A DNA stretch of 64,000 bases from an uncultured Thermoleophilia bacterium (GTDB taxonomy: Bacteria; Actinomycetota; Thermoleophilia; UBA2241). The notes beneath the pieces are model-generated. The model did not search any database and was not told the DNA's origin. It saw only the letters and a list, made by a program, of their open reading frames with translations. The DNA lies in assembly GCA_963702475.1 (NCBI GenBank), contig CAVPCT010000006.1, positions 160,001 through 224,000 on the forward strand. Direction: 5' to 3'. A program made the position numbers and the translations under genes. Positions 1 to 10,282 of this stretch are shown here, piece after piece. Every line of letters starts with the position of its first letter. Positions within the stretch are counted from its first letter, which is position 1.

Positions 1-1524
1 GTGGCCGCGTGCAGCCCCAGGATGCACGAGCCCACGTTTCGACGCGCCGCCGAGTCGGCGGGCGTCAATTCGTATCTCGTGCAGATGGCCAACATCCGCG
101 AGCAGTGCAGCTGGGTCCACGACGACCCGTTCCAGGCGACGGAGAAGGCCACCGACCTGGTGCGCGCGGCCGTGTACCGGGTCGCGCAGCATGAGCCTCT
201 GGAGCGCATGTCCGTCGACATGTGCCCGAACACGCTGGTCGTGGGCGGCGGCATCGCCGGCCTGTCCGCCGCCCTGGAGCTCGCCGACGCGGGCAAGCTC
301 GTGTATCTGGTCGAAAGAGAGCCGGCGCTGGGCGGCAACATCGGGCGCGTCGACCTGACGGCGCCCTACCTGGACTCGGCTCGTGACATGCTCACCGACC
401 GCATCACGCGTGCCGTGGAGCACCCGCACGTGGAGATCATGGTCCAGACGGAGCTCGAGAAGCTCGAGGGGTTCGTCGGCAACTTCAAGGCCACCCTCGT
501 CCACCGCTCCTCCGGTGAAGGACCACCACGACAGGTCGTCGACGTCGGCAGCGTCATCGTGTGCACCGGCTACAGAGAGTTCGACGCGTCCCGCGCGACC
601 CACCTTGGCTACGGCAAGCTGCCCAACGTGATCACGTCCTTCGAGTTCGAGCGCATGCTGCGCCAGGGGCGCATCGAGATGAAGGACGGGCGTCTGCCCC
701 AGTACGTGGCGGTGATCCATTGCGTCGGCAGCCGCAGCGAGGAGTTCAACGGATACTGCTCGAGGGTGTGCTGCATGACGGCGCTCAAGTACGCGCACGA
801 GGTCAAGTCGGCGCTGCCCGGTAGCTACGTCTCGGACGTGTACATCGACATGCACGCGTTCGGCAAGGGCTGCGAGGACTTCTACCGGCACAGTGCCGAG
901 GTCAAGACGCTGTTCCTGATGTACGGCAAGGGCGAGCATCCGGTGGTGCGGCGCGCCGACCCCGGCGACGACTGCGAGATGCTCATCACCGTCGACGAGC
1001 AGTTGTCGGGCGAGCAGATCGAGCTGCCGGCCGACCTCATCATCCTCATGGTCGGGATGGAGCCGCGAGAGGACGCCGAGGCGGTGACGCACCTCGTCAA
1101 CATCAGCCAGGACAAGGACGGCTGGTTCATCGAGAGCCACCCCAAGCTGGACCCCGTGGCGACGACGACCGACGGCATCTACATCGCCGGCGCCTGCCAG
1201 TCGCCGAAGGACATCCCCGACTCGGTCGCCCAGGCCCGCGCCGCCGCTGGGCGCATCCTGGGCAAGATCTCGCGCGGCAAGCTCGAGATCGACGCGATGT
1301 TCGCGGCCGTCGACGAGGACCGCTGCTCCGGCTGCCGGGTGTGCAACGAGATCTGCCCGTACTCGGCCATCGAGTTCGACGAGACGAAGAAGCGCAGCCA
1401 CGTGATCAGCGCACTGTGCAAGGCGTGCGGTGCCTGCGTGGCCACCTGTCCGTCGGCGGCCATCAAGGCGAGGCACTTCACCGACCAACAGATCTTCGCC
1501 GAGATCGCGGGGGTGCTGGCATGA
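1..1524 (+). CDS. hdrA: Heterodisulfide reductase subunit A-like flavoprotein (5' truncated by window)
   Basis: ACSPR..NIREQCSWVH, GGGIAG FAD motif, SFEFER, CVGSR..YCSRVCCMTALK, HPKLDP, GACQSPKDI, C-terminal 2x[4Fe-4S]; ATGA overlap with mvhD. Confidence 0.93.
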   Translation: MAACSPRMHEPTFRRAAESAGVNSYLVQMANIREQCSWVHDDPFQATEKATDLVRAAVYRVAQHEPLERMSVDMCPNTLVVGGGIAGLSAALELADAGKLVYLVEREPALGGNIGRVDLTAPYLDSARDMLTDRITRAVEHPHVEIMVQTELEKLEGFVGNFKATLVHRSSGEGPPRQVVDVGSVIVCTGYREFDASRATHLGYGKLPNVITSFEFERMLRQGRIEMKDGRLPQYVAVIHCVGSRSEEFNGYCSRVCCMTALKYAHEVKSALPGSYVSDVYIDMHAFGKGCEDFYRHSAEVKTLFLMYGKGEHPVVRRADPGDDCEMLITVDEQLSGEQIELPADLIILMVGMEPREDAEAVTHLVNISQDKDGWFIESHPKLDPVATTTDGIYIAGACQSPKDIPDSVAQARAAAGRILGKISRGKLEIDAMFAAVDEDRCSGCRVCNEICPYSAIEFDETKKRSHVISALCKACGACVATCPSAAIKARHFTDQQIFAEIAGVLA

Positions 1525-1955
1525 GCGTCGAACCGAGGATCGTCGCGTTCCTCTGCAACTGGTGCTCGTACTCCGGCGCCGACCTCGCCGGCACGAGCCG
1601 TATCCACTACCAGGCGAACGTACGCGTGATCCGAGTGATGTGCTCGGCGCGCATCGACCCGACCTTCGTGATCAAGGCCCTCGCCGACGGCGCCGACGGC
1701 GTGCTCGTCTGCGGCTGCCATCCCGGCGACTGCCACTACTCAGAGGGCAACTACAAGACGATGCGGCGCATGCCGCTGCTCAAGCGTATGCTCACGGACT
1801 TCGGCATCAAGGACGAGCGCGTGCGGCTCGAGTGGGTCAGCGCCAGCGAAGGAATGCGCTTCGCCGACATCGTGGACGACATGACGGAACGCCTGCGGGC
1901 GCTGGGCCCGAGCCGCGTCAAGGTGGCGCTGGCCAACGACGCGGTGGAGAGGTGA
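1521..1955 (+). CDS. mvhD: MvhD [2Fe-2S] subunit
   Basis: IVAFLCNWCSYSGAD, RVMCSARID, GCHPGDCHY, WVSASEG; ATG 1521 overlaps hdrA stop. Confidence 0.95.
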   Translation: MSVEPRIVAFLCNWCSYSGADLAGTSRIHYQANVRVIRVMCSARIDPTFVIKALADGADGVLVCGCHPGDCHYSEGNYKTMRRMPLLKRMLTDFGIKDERVRLEWVSASEGMRFADIVDDMTERLRALGPSRVKVALANDAVER

Positions 1956-2923
1956 GCCAGGTGAGCGAGAAACTCCAGATCGCGCTCTACTGGGGCGCCG
2001 CGTGCGGCGGCTGTGACGTCGCGGTCCTGGACACCAACGAGTTCATCCTCGACGTGGCCGCCGCCGCCGACATCCGCCTCTGGCCGATCGCGGTCGACGG
2101 CAAGTACGCGGACGTGGAGGCGATGGAAGACGGCGAGCTCGATCTGACCATCTTCAACGGGGCGGTGCGCAACGCGGAGAACGAGCACATCGCCAAGCTG
2201 CTACGTCAGAAGAGCAAGCTGATGGTGGCCTTCGGGTCGTGCGCCCATCTCGGCGGCATCCCTGGTCTTGCCAACCTGGTGTCCAGGGAAGAGATCATGA
2301 CCGCCGCATACCTTCACAATCCCAGCATCGAGAAGGGGAACACCACACTGCCACGCCCGGAGACGGGCACCAACGGCACGATGCTGACCATCCCGACGTT
2401 CTACAAGCGCGTCTACAAGCTCGACGACATCGTGCCCGTCGACTACTACGTCCCCGGGTGCCCGCCGGCCGCCGACCAGGTCAAGGCGGTCCTTCTTGCG
2501 GTGGTCGGCGGCCAGCTGCCGCCCAAGGGCTCGGTCGTGGGCGCCGGCGACACGGCCCTGTGTGACGAGTGCGCCCGCACCAAGTCCGAGAAGAAGTTGA
2601 AGGAGTTCCATCGTCCGTGGCAGATCATGATCGACCCCGAGGCGTGCCTCCTGGAGCAGGGCGTGCTGTGCGCTGGCGTGGCCACGCGCGCGGGCTGCGG
2701 CGCTCGCTGTCCGAGCAGCGGCATCCCGTGCCGCGGCTGCTACGGGCCGCTCCCCGGCGTGATCGACCAGGGCGCCAAGCTGCTCTCCGCCGTCGTGTCC
2801 GTGATCGACAGCAACGACCCGGCGGAGATCGAGACGATCCTCGACGGCCTTCCCGACTTTGCGGGGTTCGCCTACCGGTTCAGCGTGCCCGCCTCGCTGC
2901 TGCAAAGGAGCGTCCGCCAATGA
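1952..2923 (+). CDS. mvhG: Group 3c [NiFe]-hydrogenase small subunit
   Basis: ACGGC, FGSCA, PGCPP, CDEC, CLLEQG..C, CRGCYGP; GTG start at 1952 (or 1961). Confidence 0.93.
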   Translation: MSQVSEKLQIALYWGAACGGCDVAVLDTNEFILDVAAAADIRLWPIAVDGKYADVEAMEDGELDLTIFNGAVRNAENEHIAKLLRQKSKLMVAFGSCAHLGGIPGLANLVSREEIMTAAYLHNPSIEKGNTTLPRPETGTNGTMLTIPTFYKRVYKLDDIVPVDYYVPGCPPAADQVKAVLLAVVGGQLPPKGSVVGAGDTALCDECARTKSEKKLKEFHRPWQIMIDPEACLLEQGVLCAGVATRAGCGARCPSSGIPCRGCYGPLPGVIDQGAKLLSAVVSVIDSNDPAEIETILDGLPDFAGFAYRFSVPASLLQRSVRQ

Positions 2924-4386
2924 GCAGGAAGATCAGCATCGATCCCATCACCCGCCTCGAGGGCCACGGCAAGATCGAGATCTTCCTCGACGACACCGGG
3001 GCGGTGCAGGACTGCTACTTCCAGATCCCCGAGTTGCGCGGCTTCGAGCGCTTCGTCGTGGGCCGTCCGATCGAGGAACTGCCGCGCCTCGTGACGCGCA
3101 TCTGTGGCGTCTGCCCGGCCAGCCACCACATGGCCAGCGCCAAGGCCGTGGACGGCTGCTTCGGCGGCGAGGTGGCTCCGCTGGCCGTGAAGCTCCGCCG
3201 CATGTACTACAACGCGCACTACATCCACAGCCACATCGCCCACTTCTACGCCCTGGCGGCGCCCGACTTCGTACTCGGGCCCGATGCCGACCCGGCCATC
3301 CGCAACGTTCTCGGTGTGGTGGCCAAGGTCGGGCTCGAGATCGGAGGCGCCGTGATCGCCTCGCGCGGCAAAGCGCAGGAGATCCAGCGCATCATCGGGG
3401 GGCGCTCCACCCAGGACATCTGGTGCATCCCGGGGGGCGTCGCCAAGGGCCTCAAGAAGGACGAACTGGAGCAGATCAGGCCCATGGTGGCCGAACTGTA
3501 CGACTTCACCCAGTTCTCGCTGCAGCTGTTCCGGGACATCGTCCTCGCCAACCCGACCTACCTGGACATCATCGCCAACGGCCCTTACACCCTGGACGTG
3601 CAGAACATGGGGCTCGTGGACGAGCACAACGCTCCGGACTTCTACGACGGTCAGGTGCGCGTGGTCGACTTCGAAGGCACGGAGATCTGCCGCTACGAGC
3701 CGCACCAGTACGCCGACTACGTGGCGGAGCACGTCGAGCCTTGGTCGTACCTCAAGTTCCCGTACCTCAAGCAGCGCGGCTGGAAGGGGTTCGTGGAGGG
3801 CATCGGCAGCTCCATCTACTGCGCCACACCGCTCGCCCGTCTCAACGTCGCCGACCGCATGGCGACGCCCCGGGCCCAGGAGGCCTACGAGGAGATGTTC
3901 GCGGCGCTCGGTGGGCACCCCAGCCGCATGCTCCTCGCCCAGCACTGGGCGCGGCTCGTGGAGATGGTCCAGAACGCCGAGGCGCTGCAGCAGTACTGCG
4001 ACGACCCCGAGATCACCGGCGATGCCTACCGCGTCATTCCCCAGCAGGTCACCGGTGAGGGGTTCGGCATCGTGGAGGCCATGCGCGGCACGCTGACGCA
4101 CCACTACACGTGCGACGAGAACGCCATCTGCACCAGCGCCAACCTGATCGTGGGCACGACCAACAACAACGCGCCCATCCAGATGGTCACGCGCAAGGTC
4201 GCCGAGACCCTGATCCAGCCGGGTGTGGAACCGGACCAGGGGATCCTCAACATGGTCGAGATGGCCTTTCGCGCCTTCGACCCCTGCTACAGCTGCGCGA
4301 CACACAGTCTTCCGGGCCAGATGCCCATGCGCGTGCGCGTGCACCGGGGCGGGGAGGTGACACATGACTTCAGGCGCGGCTGCTGA
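2920..4386 (+). CDS. mvhA: Group 3c [NiFe]-hydrogenase large subunit
   Basis: TRLEGHG, L1 RICGVC, L2 RAFDPCYSCATH with C-terminal cleavable extension; AAGGAG RBS; hdrA-mvhD context. Confidence 0.95.
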   Translation: MSRKISIDPITRLEGHGKIEIFLDDTGAVQDCYFQIPELRGFERFVVGRPIEELPRLVTRICGVCPASHHMASAKAVDGCFGGEVAPLAVKLRRMYYNAHYIHSHIAHFYALAAPDFVLGPDADPAIRNVLGVVAKVGLEIGGAVIASRGKAQEIQRIIGGRSTQDIWCIPGGVAKGLKKDELEQIRPMVAELYDFTQFSLQLFRDIVLANPTYLDIIANGPYTLDVQNMGLVDEHNAPDFYDGQVRVVDFEGTEICRYEPHQYADYVAEHVEPWSYLKFPYLKQRGWKGFVEGIGSSIYCATPLARLNVADRMATPRAQEAYEEMFAALGGHPSRMLLAQHWARLVEMVQNAEALQQYCDDPEITGDAYRVIPQQVTGEGFGIVEAMRGTLTHHYTCDENAICTSANLIVGTTNNNAPIQMVTRKVAETLIQPGVEPDQGILNMVEMAFRAFDPCYSCATHSLPGQMPMRVRVHRGGEVTHDFRRGC

Positions 4387-4434
4387 AGGCGTCGCGGTAC
4401 TCCACCGGGCCGGGCCGTGGCGGGAGGGGGTCCG

Positions 4435-4917
4435 ATGAGGACCCTGCTCCTCGGCATGGGCAATCCGATCCTGACCGACGACGCCATCGGCATCCGCGCG
4501 GCACGCTCCATCAGGGAGAGGCTGGGGCCGGTCCCCGGCCTCTCCTGCGTGGAGGAGTGCTGCACCGGCGGTCTGGAGCTGCTCGACATCGTCGAGGGGT
4601 TCGACCGCCTCATCATCCTGGATTCGATCAAGACCGAGGGGGGCGATCCGGGAGACTGGTATCGCTTCGACGGCACAGCGCTGCGCGACACCATGCACCT
4701 GGACAACGTGCACGACGCCAACTTCGCCACCGCGATGGAGCTCGGCCGCCGCATGGGTGTGCACGTGCCGGCCGACGGGGACATCCACATCCTCGCCGTG
4801 GAGATCAGTGATAACCTCACGTTCTCCGATCGTCTCAGTCCGGCGTTGCAGGCTGCGTTGCCGGACCTCATCGATGAGCTGTACGCAGAGACACGAGCCC
4901 TCCTCGACACCTCCTGA
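4435..4917 (+). CDS. Hydrogenase maturation endopeptidase
   Basis: LLGMGNPILTDDAIG N-terminus, ILDSI, VHD; directly after large subunit. Confidence 0.92.
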   Translation: MRTLLLGMGNPILTDDAIGIRAARSIRERLGPVPGLSCVEECCTGGLELLDIVEGFDRLIILDSIKTEGGDPGDWYRFDGTALRDTMHLDNVHDANFATAMELGRRMGVHVPADGDIHILAVEISDNLTFSDRLSPALQAALPDLIDELYAETRALLDTS

Positions 4918-4921
4918 ACAG

Positions 4922-7447
4922 GTGAGCGCCGGCGGCAGCGCCGGCTCCTCTTCTGCGCGTCCCGCCGCAGCCCGCCTCTGGGCGCGCGGCGTGGTGCAGG
5001 GCGTCGGGTTCCGGCCTTTCATCTACTCGCTGGCGAAGCACCACGGCCTCGCCGGGTGGGTGCGCAACACGTCCGCCGGCGTGGAGATCCACGTCGAAGG
5101 CCCCGGCGACGCGGTCGAGGCGTTCGTGACCGCCCTGCCGCGCGAGGCGCCGTCGCGGGCCTACGTCGCCGAGCTCGCCCGCGACCCGGCCGAGCCGGAG
5201 GGCGCGGCCGGGTTCGTGATCCTCGAGAGCGCCGTGGCGCCCGGCGAGTACCAGCTCGTGTCGCCGGACATCGCCACCTGCGACGACTGTCGCCGCGAGC
5301 TGCTCGACCCGCAGGACCGCCGCTTCCGGTACCCCTTCACGAACTGTACGAACTGCGGTCCGCGCTTCACGCTCATCGAGGGGCTGCCGTACGACCGCGA
5401 CCGCACCACCATGCGGCGGTTCCCCATGTGCGCCGCGTGCCGCCGGGAGTACGAGGACCCGCTCGACCGCCGCTTTCACGCCGAACCCACCGCCTGTCCG
5501 GTGTGCGGGCCGCGCGCGGAGCTGCTGACGCGCGCGGCGGACGGCACGGCGGAGGTGCAGGCGACGGGCACGACGGAGGACCCGGGCGCGGCGGTCCGCG
5601 CCGCCGCCGCCCTCCTGCGCGACGGCTGGATCCTGGCGGTGAAGGGCCTAGGCGGCTTCCATCTGGCCTGCGACGCCACCGATGGCGACGCCGTGCGCCG
5701 CCTCAAGGCGCGCAAGCGTCGCCCGCACAAGCCGCTGGCGGTGATGGTCGCCGGCGTCGACGAGCTGCTCCGCTACTGCCGGGTGACCGCCGAGGAGGAG
5801 GAGCTCCTGACGTCGCCGGAGCACCCGATCGTCCTGCTCGAGTGGCGCGACATCGGGCCCGCCGGCGAGCCGGGGCCGGAGGTCGCCGGCGCTGGCGACG
5901 GCGAGCAGCCGGCCGGCGAAGCGGCGCCGGCCGGCCGGCCGGCGCCCATCGACCCCGAGGTCGCCGTGGGCCAGCGCTACCTCGGCGTCATGCTGCCGTA
6001 CACGCCGCTCCACATCCTGCTCCTCCGGGAGGCCGGACGCCCCCTGGTCATGACCAGCGGCAACCTGGCGGAGGAGCCGATGGTCAAGGACTGGGAGGAG
6101 GTCCAGCGCCTCGCGGACATCGCGGACGCCTACCTGGTGCACGACCGGGCCATCGCCGCGCGCTGCGACGACTCGGTCGCGCAGGTGCACCGCGGGCGGC
6201 CGCGGCTTGTGCGCCGGGCGCGCGGCTACGCCCCGTTCCCCCTGCCCCTGCCGCGGCCCCTGCCCCAGGTGCTGGCCTGCGGCGCGGAGCTCAAGAACAC
6301 CTTCTGCCTCACGCGCGACGCCAACGCCTTCCTCAGCCCGCACATCGGTGATCTGGAGAACCTGGAGACGCTGGAGAGCTTCGAGGAGGGCATCGGCGAC
6401 TACCGCCGGCTCTTCGACATCGATCCCGAGGTGGTCGCGCACGACCTGCACCCCGAGTATCTTGGGACCAAGTACGCGTTGGCGCTGTCCGGGGAGAAGG
6501 TGGCGGTCCAGCACCACCACGCCCACGTCGCGGCGGCGATGGTGGAGGCCGGCCTCGAGGACCCCGTGATCGGGGTGAGCCTGGACGGCCTCGGGTACGG
6601 CGACGACGGCGTGCTGTGGGGCGGGGAGGTGCTCGTGTGCGACCTCACCGGCTACCGGCGGGTCGCACACCTGGAGGAGCTCCCGCTGCCCGGCGGCGCG
6701 CTGGCCATCCGCCGGCCCTGGCGCACGGCGCTCGGCTGGTCGCTGGCGGCGCTCGGCCCCGACGGCCTGGAGCGCGCGACGCGGCTGCTGTGCTCCTCCG
6801 CGCACAGCGCTGAGGAGCCGCCCGACGGCGAGGCCGTCCAGACGCTCGTGCGGCAGGTGGAGACCGGCACCAACGCCCCACTCACGACGAGCTGTGGCCG
6901 GCTCTTCGACGCGGTCGCGGCGCTGGCCGGCGTCCGCCTCGCGATCAGCTACGAGGGGCAGGCGGCGATCGAGCTGGAGATGCGCTCGCGTCCGGGCGAG
7001 GCGCCCTACCCGTACGCGCTCGACGGCGACCCCGGCGCGGCCCCAGAGGCGCCGCTGCTGCCGGCCGCCGCGCACGTCGAGGAGGGCGGCGAGGCCGGCG
7101 CCCGGCCGGCCGTCGTCCGCGTGGCGCCGCTGCTCGCCGGCGTCCTCGACGACGCCGAGGCCGGCCGGCCCGCCGGCCTGGTCGGTGGTCGCCTGCACGC
7201 CACGCTGGCGGCGCTGGTCGTCGACGTGTGCCGCCGGGTGCGCGCCACGACCGGTCTCGAGGTCGTGGCTCTGACCGGCGGCGTCTTCCAGAACCGGCTC
7301 CTCGCCGGGCTCTGCGAGGACGCCCTGGGCGGCGAGGGCTTCCGCGTGATCGGCGGGAGTCTCGTGCCGGTCAACGACGGAGGCATCGCGTTGGGGCAGG
7401 CCGCCGTGGCAGGCTATACTTTGCTCCTTCGTCGCAGCGAGCTCTGA
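4922..7447 (+). CDS. hypF: Carbamoyltransferase HypF
   Basis: GVVQGVGFRPF, two Zn fingers (CDDC..CTNCGPR; CAAC..CPVCGP), KGLGGFHL, HDLHP, QHHHAH, NDGGIALGQ. Confidence 0.96.
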   Translation: MSAGGSAGSSSARPAAARLWARGVVQGVGFRPFIYSLAKHHGLAGWVRNTSAGVEIHVEGPGDAVEAFVTALPREAPSRAYVAELARDPAEPEGAAGFVILESAVAPGEYQLVSPDIATCDDCRRELLDPQDRRFRYPFTNCTNCGPRFTLIEGLPYDRDRTTMRRFPMCAACRREYEDPLDRRFHAEPTACPVCGPRAELLTRAADGTAEVQATGTTEDPGAAVRAAAALLRDGWILAVKGLGGFHLACDATDGDAVRRLKARKRRPHKPLAVMVAGVDELLRYCRVTAEEEELLTSPEHPIVLLEWRDIGPAGEPGPEVAGAGDGEQPAGEAAPAGRPAPIDPEVAVGQRYLGVMLPYTPLHILLLREAGRPLVMTSGNLAEEPMVKDWEEVQRLADIADAYLVHDRAIAARCDDSVAQVHRGRPRLVRRARGYAPFPLPLPRPLPQVLACGAELKNTFCLTRDANAFLSPHIGDLENLETLESFEEGIGDYRRLFDIDPEVVAHDLHPEYLGTKYALALSGEKVAVQHHHAHVAAAMVEAGLEDPVIGVSLDGLGYGDDGVLWGGEVLVCDLTGYRRVAHLEELPLPGGALAIRRPWRTALGWSLAALGPDGLERATRLLCSSAHSAEEPPDGEAVQTLVRQVETGTNAPLTTSCGRLFDAVAALAGVRLAISYEGQAAIELEMRSRPGEAPYPYALDGDPGAAPEAPLLPAAAHVEEGGEAGARPAVVRVAPLLAGVLDDAEAGRPAGLVGGRLHATLAALVVDVCRRVRATTGLEVVALTGGVFQNRLLAGLCEDALGGEGFRVIGGSLVPVNDGGIALGQAAVAGYTLLLRRSEL
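7415..7420 (+). promoter_or_regulatory. Possible internal -10 element (TATACT) for hypCDE inside the hypF 3' end
   Basis: Near-consensus hexamer in a run of AT-rich codons atypical for this genome, about 55 nt before hypC. Confidence 0.35.
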
Positions 7448-7473
7448 CCTCCCACTCGGATCGGACGCCGCCC

Positions 7474-7722
7474 ATGTGCCTTGCCATCCCCATGCGTATC
7501 CTCTCGGTCGACGGCGACCTGGCCACCATCGCGGTCGAGGGCCTCGAACAGCGCGCCAGCCTGGCGCTCGTGCCTCACGCCGGCGTCGGTGACTGGGTGC
7601 TGGTGCACGCGGGCTACGCGATCAACGTGCTCCCCGAGGACGAGGCTCTCGAGACGCTCGAGCTCATCGCACAACTCGACGATCCCGACCAGCCGGAGCG
7701 CGTGGACGGGCATGAAGGCTGA
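7474..7722 (+). CDS. hypC: HypC chaperone
   Basis: MCLAIP start, GDWVLVHAGYA. Confidence 0.96.
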   Translation: MCLAIPMRILSVDGDLATIAVEGLEQRASLALVPHAGVGDWVLVHAGYAINVLPEDEALETLELIAQLDDPDQPERVDGHEG

Positions 7723-8773
7723 GGCACTGCACCGCCTCGCCGCCGACCTCGCCGCCGAGGTGGGCGACGGCGGCACGTTCATGGAGGTCTGCGGCACCCA
7801 CACCATGGCCATCGCGCGCTTCGGACTGCGCGAGCTGCTGCCGCCGGGCATCCGTCTCGTCTCCGGCCCGGGCTGCCCGGTGTGCGTGACGGCCATGCGC
7901 GACCTCGACACCGCGGTCGCGCTCTGCGCTCTGCCCGAGGTGACGGTCACGACCTTCGGCGACCTCATCCGCGTGCCGGCCTCGCGCACGTCCCTGGCGG
8001 TCGCGCGCGCCGCCGGCGCCGACGTGCGCGTGGTCTACTCGGCGCGCGACGCCGTCGAGCTGGCGGCCGCCGAGCCGTCGCGCGAGGTGGTCTTCGTCGG
8101 TATCGGCTTCGAGACCACCGCGCCCACGGTGGCCGCAGCCATCGTCGAGGCGCGCAACCGCGGTGTGCGCAACTTCTCCGTGCTCGCGCTGCACAAGACC
8201 ATGCCGCCGGCGCTCAGGGCCCTGCTCGACCTCGGCGAGACGCCCATCGCCGGATTCCTGCTGCCCGGGCACGTGAGCGTGATCACCGGCACGGCCTGCT
8301 ACGGGTTCCTCGCCGCCGAGTACGGCGTCGCCGGGGTGGTGGCCGGCTTCGGGCCCGACGACGTCCTCGAGGCCCTGCTCATGCTCGTGCGGCAGACGGC
8401 CCCGGCCGTCGCGAACCAGTACACGAGGGCCGTGCAGCCGCAGGGCAACACGGTCGCGCAGGAGCTCATGGACGTGGTGTTCGAGCCGCGCGACGCCGAC
8501 TGGCGTGGCCTGGGCGTGCTCCCCGGCTCGGGGCTCGGCCTGCGTGCCGAGTTCGCCGATCACGACGCGGCGGTGCGCTTCGACGTCGATCCCGGAGAAT
8601 CGCTCGAGCCGGCCGGCTGCCGTTGCGGCGAGGTCCTGCGCGGCCTCACCGATCCGGCCGAGTGCGCCCTCTTCGGACGGCGCTGCACTCCCGAGGATCC
8701 GGTCGGTGCCTGCATGGTCAGCAGCGAGGGGGCGTGCGCCGCCCGCTACAGATTCCGGGGACTCGATGACTGA
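7712..8773 (+). CDS. hypD: HypD
   Basis: MEVCGTH, GPGCPVC, GFETT, PGHVS, GACMVSSEGAC. Confidence 0.97.
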   Translation: MKAEALHRLAADLAAEVGDGGTFMEVCGTHTMAIARFGLRELLPPGIRLVSGPGCPVCVTAMRDLDTAVALCALPEVTVTTFGDLIRVPASRTSLAVARAAGADVRVVYSARDAVELAAAEPSREVVFVGIGFETTAPTVAAAIVEARNRGVRNFSVLALHKTMPPALRALLDLGETPIAGFLLPGHVSVITGTACYGFLAAEYGVAGVVAGFGPDDVLEALLMLVRQTAPAVANQYTRAVQPQGNTVAQELMDVVFEPRDADWRGLGVLPGSGLGLRAEFADHDAAVRFDVDPGESLEPAGCRCGEVLRGLTDPAECALFGRRCTPEDPVGACMVSSEGACAARYRFRGLDD

Positions 8774-9785
8774 AGGCCCCGGCGACCGCATCCTGCTCGG
8801 TCACGGCAGCGGCGGCAAGCTCTATCGCGACCTCGTCCGCGACGTGTTCGTGTCGGCCTTCGCCAACCCCGTGCTCTCGCGGCTCGACGACGCGGCCGTA
8901 CTGGCGCCGTCCGGCCGCGTCGCCTTCACCACCGACAGCCACGTCGTCCGGCCGCTGCGCTTTCCCGGCGGCGACATCGGCCGCCTCGCGGTGGCCGGCA
9001 CGGTGAACGACCTGGCCACGGCGGCGGCGCGGCCGCTGGCGCTGGCCGCCGCCTTCGTCATCGAGGAAGGCTACCTTGTCGCCGACCTGCGCGAGGTGTG
9101 CGCCTCGATGGCGGCCACCGCGGACGAAGCGGGCGTGCCCATCGTCACCGGCGACACCAAGGTGGTCGAGCGCGGCGCCTGCGACGGCCTGTACATCACC
9201 ACGACAGGCGTGGGCGAGGTCGTGGTGCCGCACGACTTGGGAGCCGCGACGGTGCGCGACGGCGACGCCGTCATTCTCAGCGGCGGCATCGGCGACCACG
9301 CCGTGGCGGTGCTCGCCGCGCGCGGCGAGTTCCACTTCCGCACCCCTGTGGAGAGCGACTGCGCCCCCTTGTGGAAGCTCGTGGCCGCCGCCGTGGCGGC
9401 CGCCGGCCCGGGGTTGCGCTTTCTGCGCGACCCCACTCGCGGCGGCCTCACCACCGTGCTCGCCGAGCTCGCCGAGGAGTCGGGTCTGGGCGTCGAGATC
9501 GAGGAGGAGTCCATCCCGGTCGCACCCGGCGTGCGCTCGGTGTGCGACCTGCTGGGCCTCGACCCGCTGACCCTCGCCAACGAGGGCAAGATGGTGCTGG
9601 TGACGGCGGCCGAGACCGCGGACGCGGTGGTCGCCGCCGTGCGCGCCGCGCCGTACGGCGCTCAGGCGCGGCGCATCGGCTTCGTCACCGCCGCGCACGG
9701 AGGCCGCGTGGCGCTCCGCACGGAGTTCGGCACGCGGCGCGTGCTCGACATGCCCGTCGGGGAGCTCCTGCCGCGCATCTGCTGA
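8766..9785 (+). CDS. hypE: HypE
   Basis: HGSGG, TTDSHVV, GDTKVV, RDPTRGG, ANEG, C-terminal PRIC. Confidence 0.97.
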   Translation: MTEGPGDRILLGHGSGGKLYRDLVRDVFVSAFANPVLSRLDDAAVLAPSGRVAFTTDSHVVRPLRFPGGDIGRLAVAGTVNDLATAAARPLALAAAFVIEEGYLVADLREVCASMAATADEAGVPIVTGDTKVVERGACDGLYITTTGVGEVVVPHDLGAATVRDGDAVILSGGIGDHAVAVLAARGEFHFRTPVESDCAPLWKLVAAAVAAAGPGLRFLRDPTRGGLTTVLAELAEESGLGVEIEEESIPVAPGVRSVCDLLGLDPLTLANEGKMVLVTAAETADAVVAAVRAAPYGAQARRIGFVTAAHGGRVALRTEFGTRRVLDMPVGELLPRIC

Positions 9786-9886
9786 CGCCGCAGGCGCGCG
9801 CGCCGCGGCGACGGGCGGAGGCCTCGTGCGCGGGCCGCGTCCGCGGCGGCAAGCCGGACCATCCGGACACAGAGAAAGGGGACCCG

Positions 9887-10240
9887 GTGCACGAATTGGG
9901 CATCACCCAGGGAATCGTCGACCGCGCCCGTGAGGCTGCCGTCGCGAACGGCGCGAAAAAGGTCACCGACGTGTACATCCTCATGACGCCTGCCGCCGAC
10001 TTCACTGAGGACTCGATCGCCATGTTCTTCGAGATGATGACGCAGGACGACGACCTCTTCCGGGGCGCCAGGCTGCACGTGGAGCACATGCCGGTTCCGG
10101 CGGTGTGCCTGGACTGCACTCACGAGTTCAGCGCTGACACGACCGAGCCGGTGTGTGCCAAGTGCGGGTCGCAGAACGTGCGTTTCGACCCCGAGGCCCC
10201 GATGATCCAGCTCACGGACATCGGCGTCGAGGAGGAGTGA
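9887..10240 (+). CDS. hypA: HypA nickel chaperone
   Basis: GTG start giving MHE, two CxxC (CLDC, CAKC), AAAGGGG RBS. Confidence 0.92.
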   Translation: MHELGITQGIVDRAREAAVANGAKKVTDVYILMTPAADFTEDSIAMFFEMMTQDDDLFRGARLHVEHMPVPAVCLDCTHEFSADTTEPVCAKCGSQNVRFDPEAPMIQLTDIGVEEE

Positions 10241-10282
10241 GAGCGGAGACAGTGCGGAGCCGGCGCGCGCTCAGCGGGCGCG

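Noticed and set aside
1521-4386. Selenocysteine recoding in MvhD/MvhA/HdrA
   Set aside because: All ligand positions are Cys codons (e.g. DPCYSC); no in-frame TGA.
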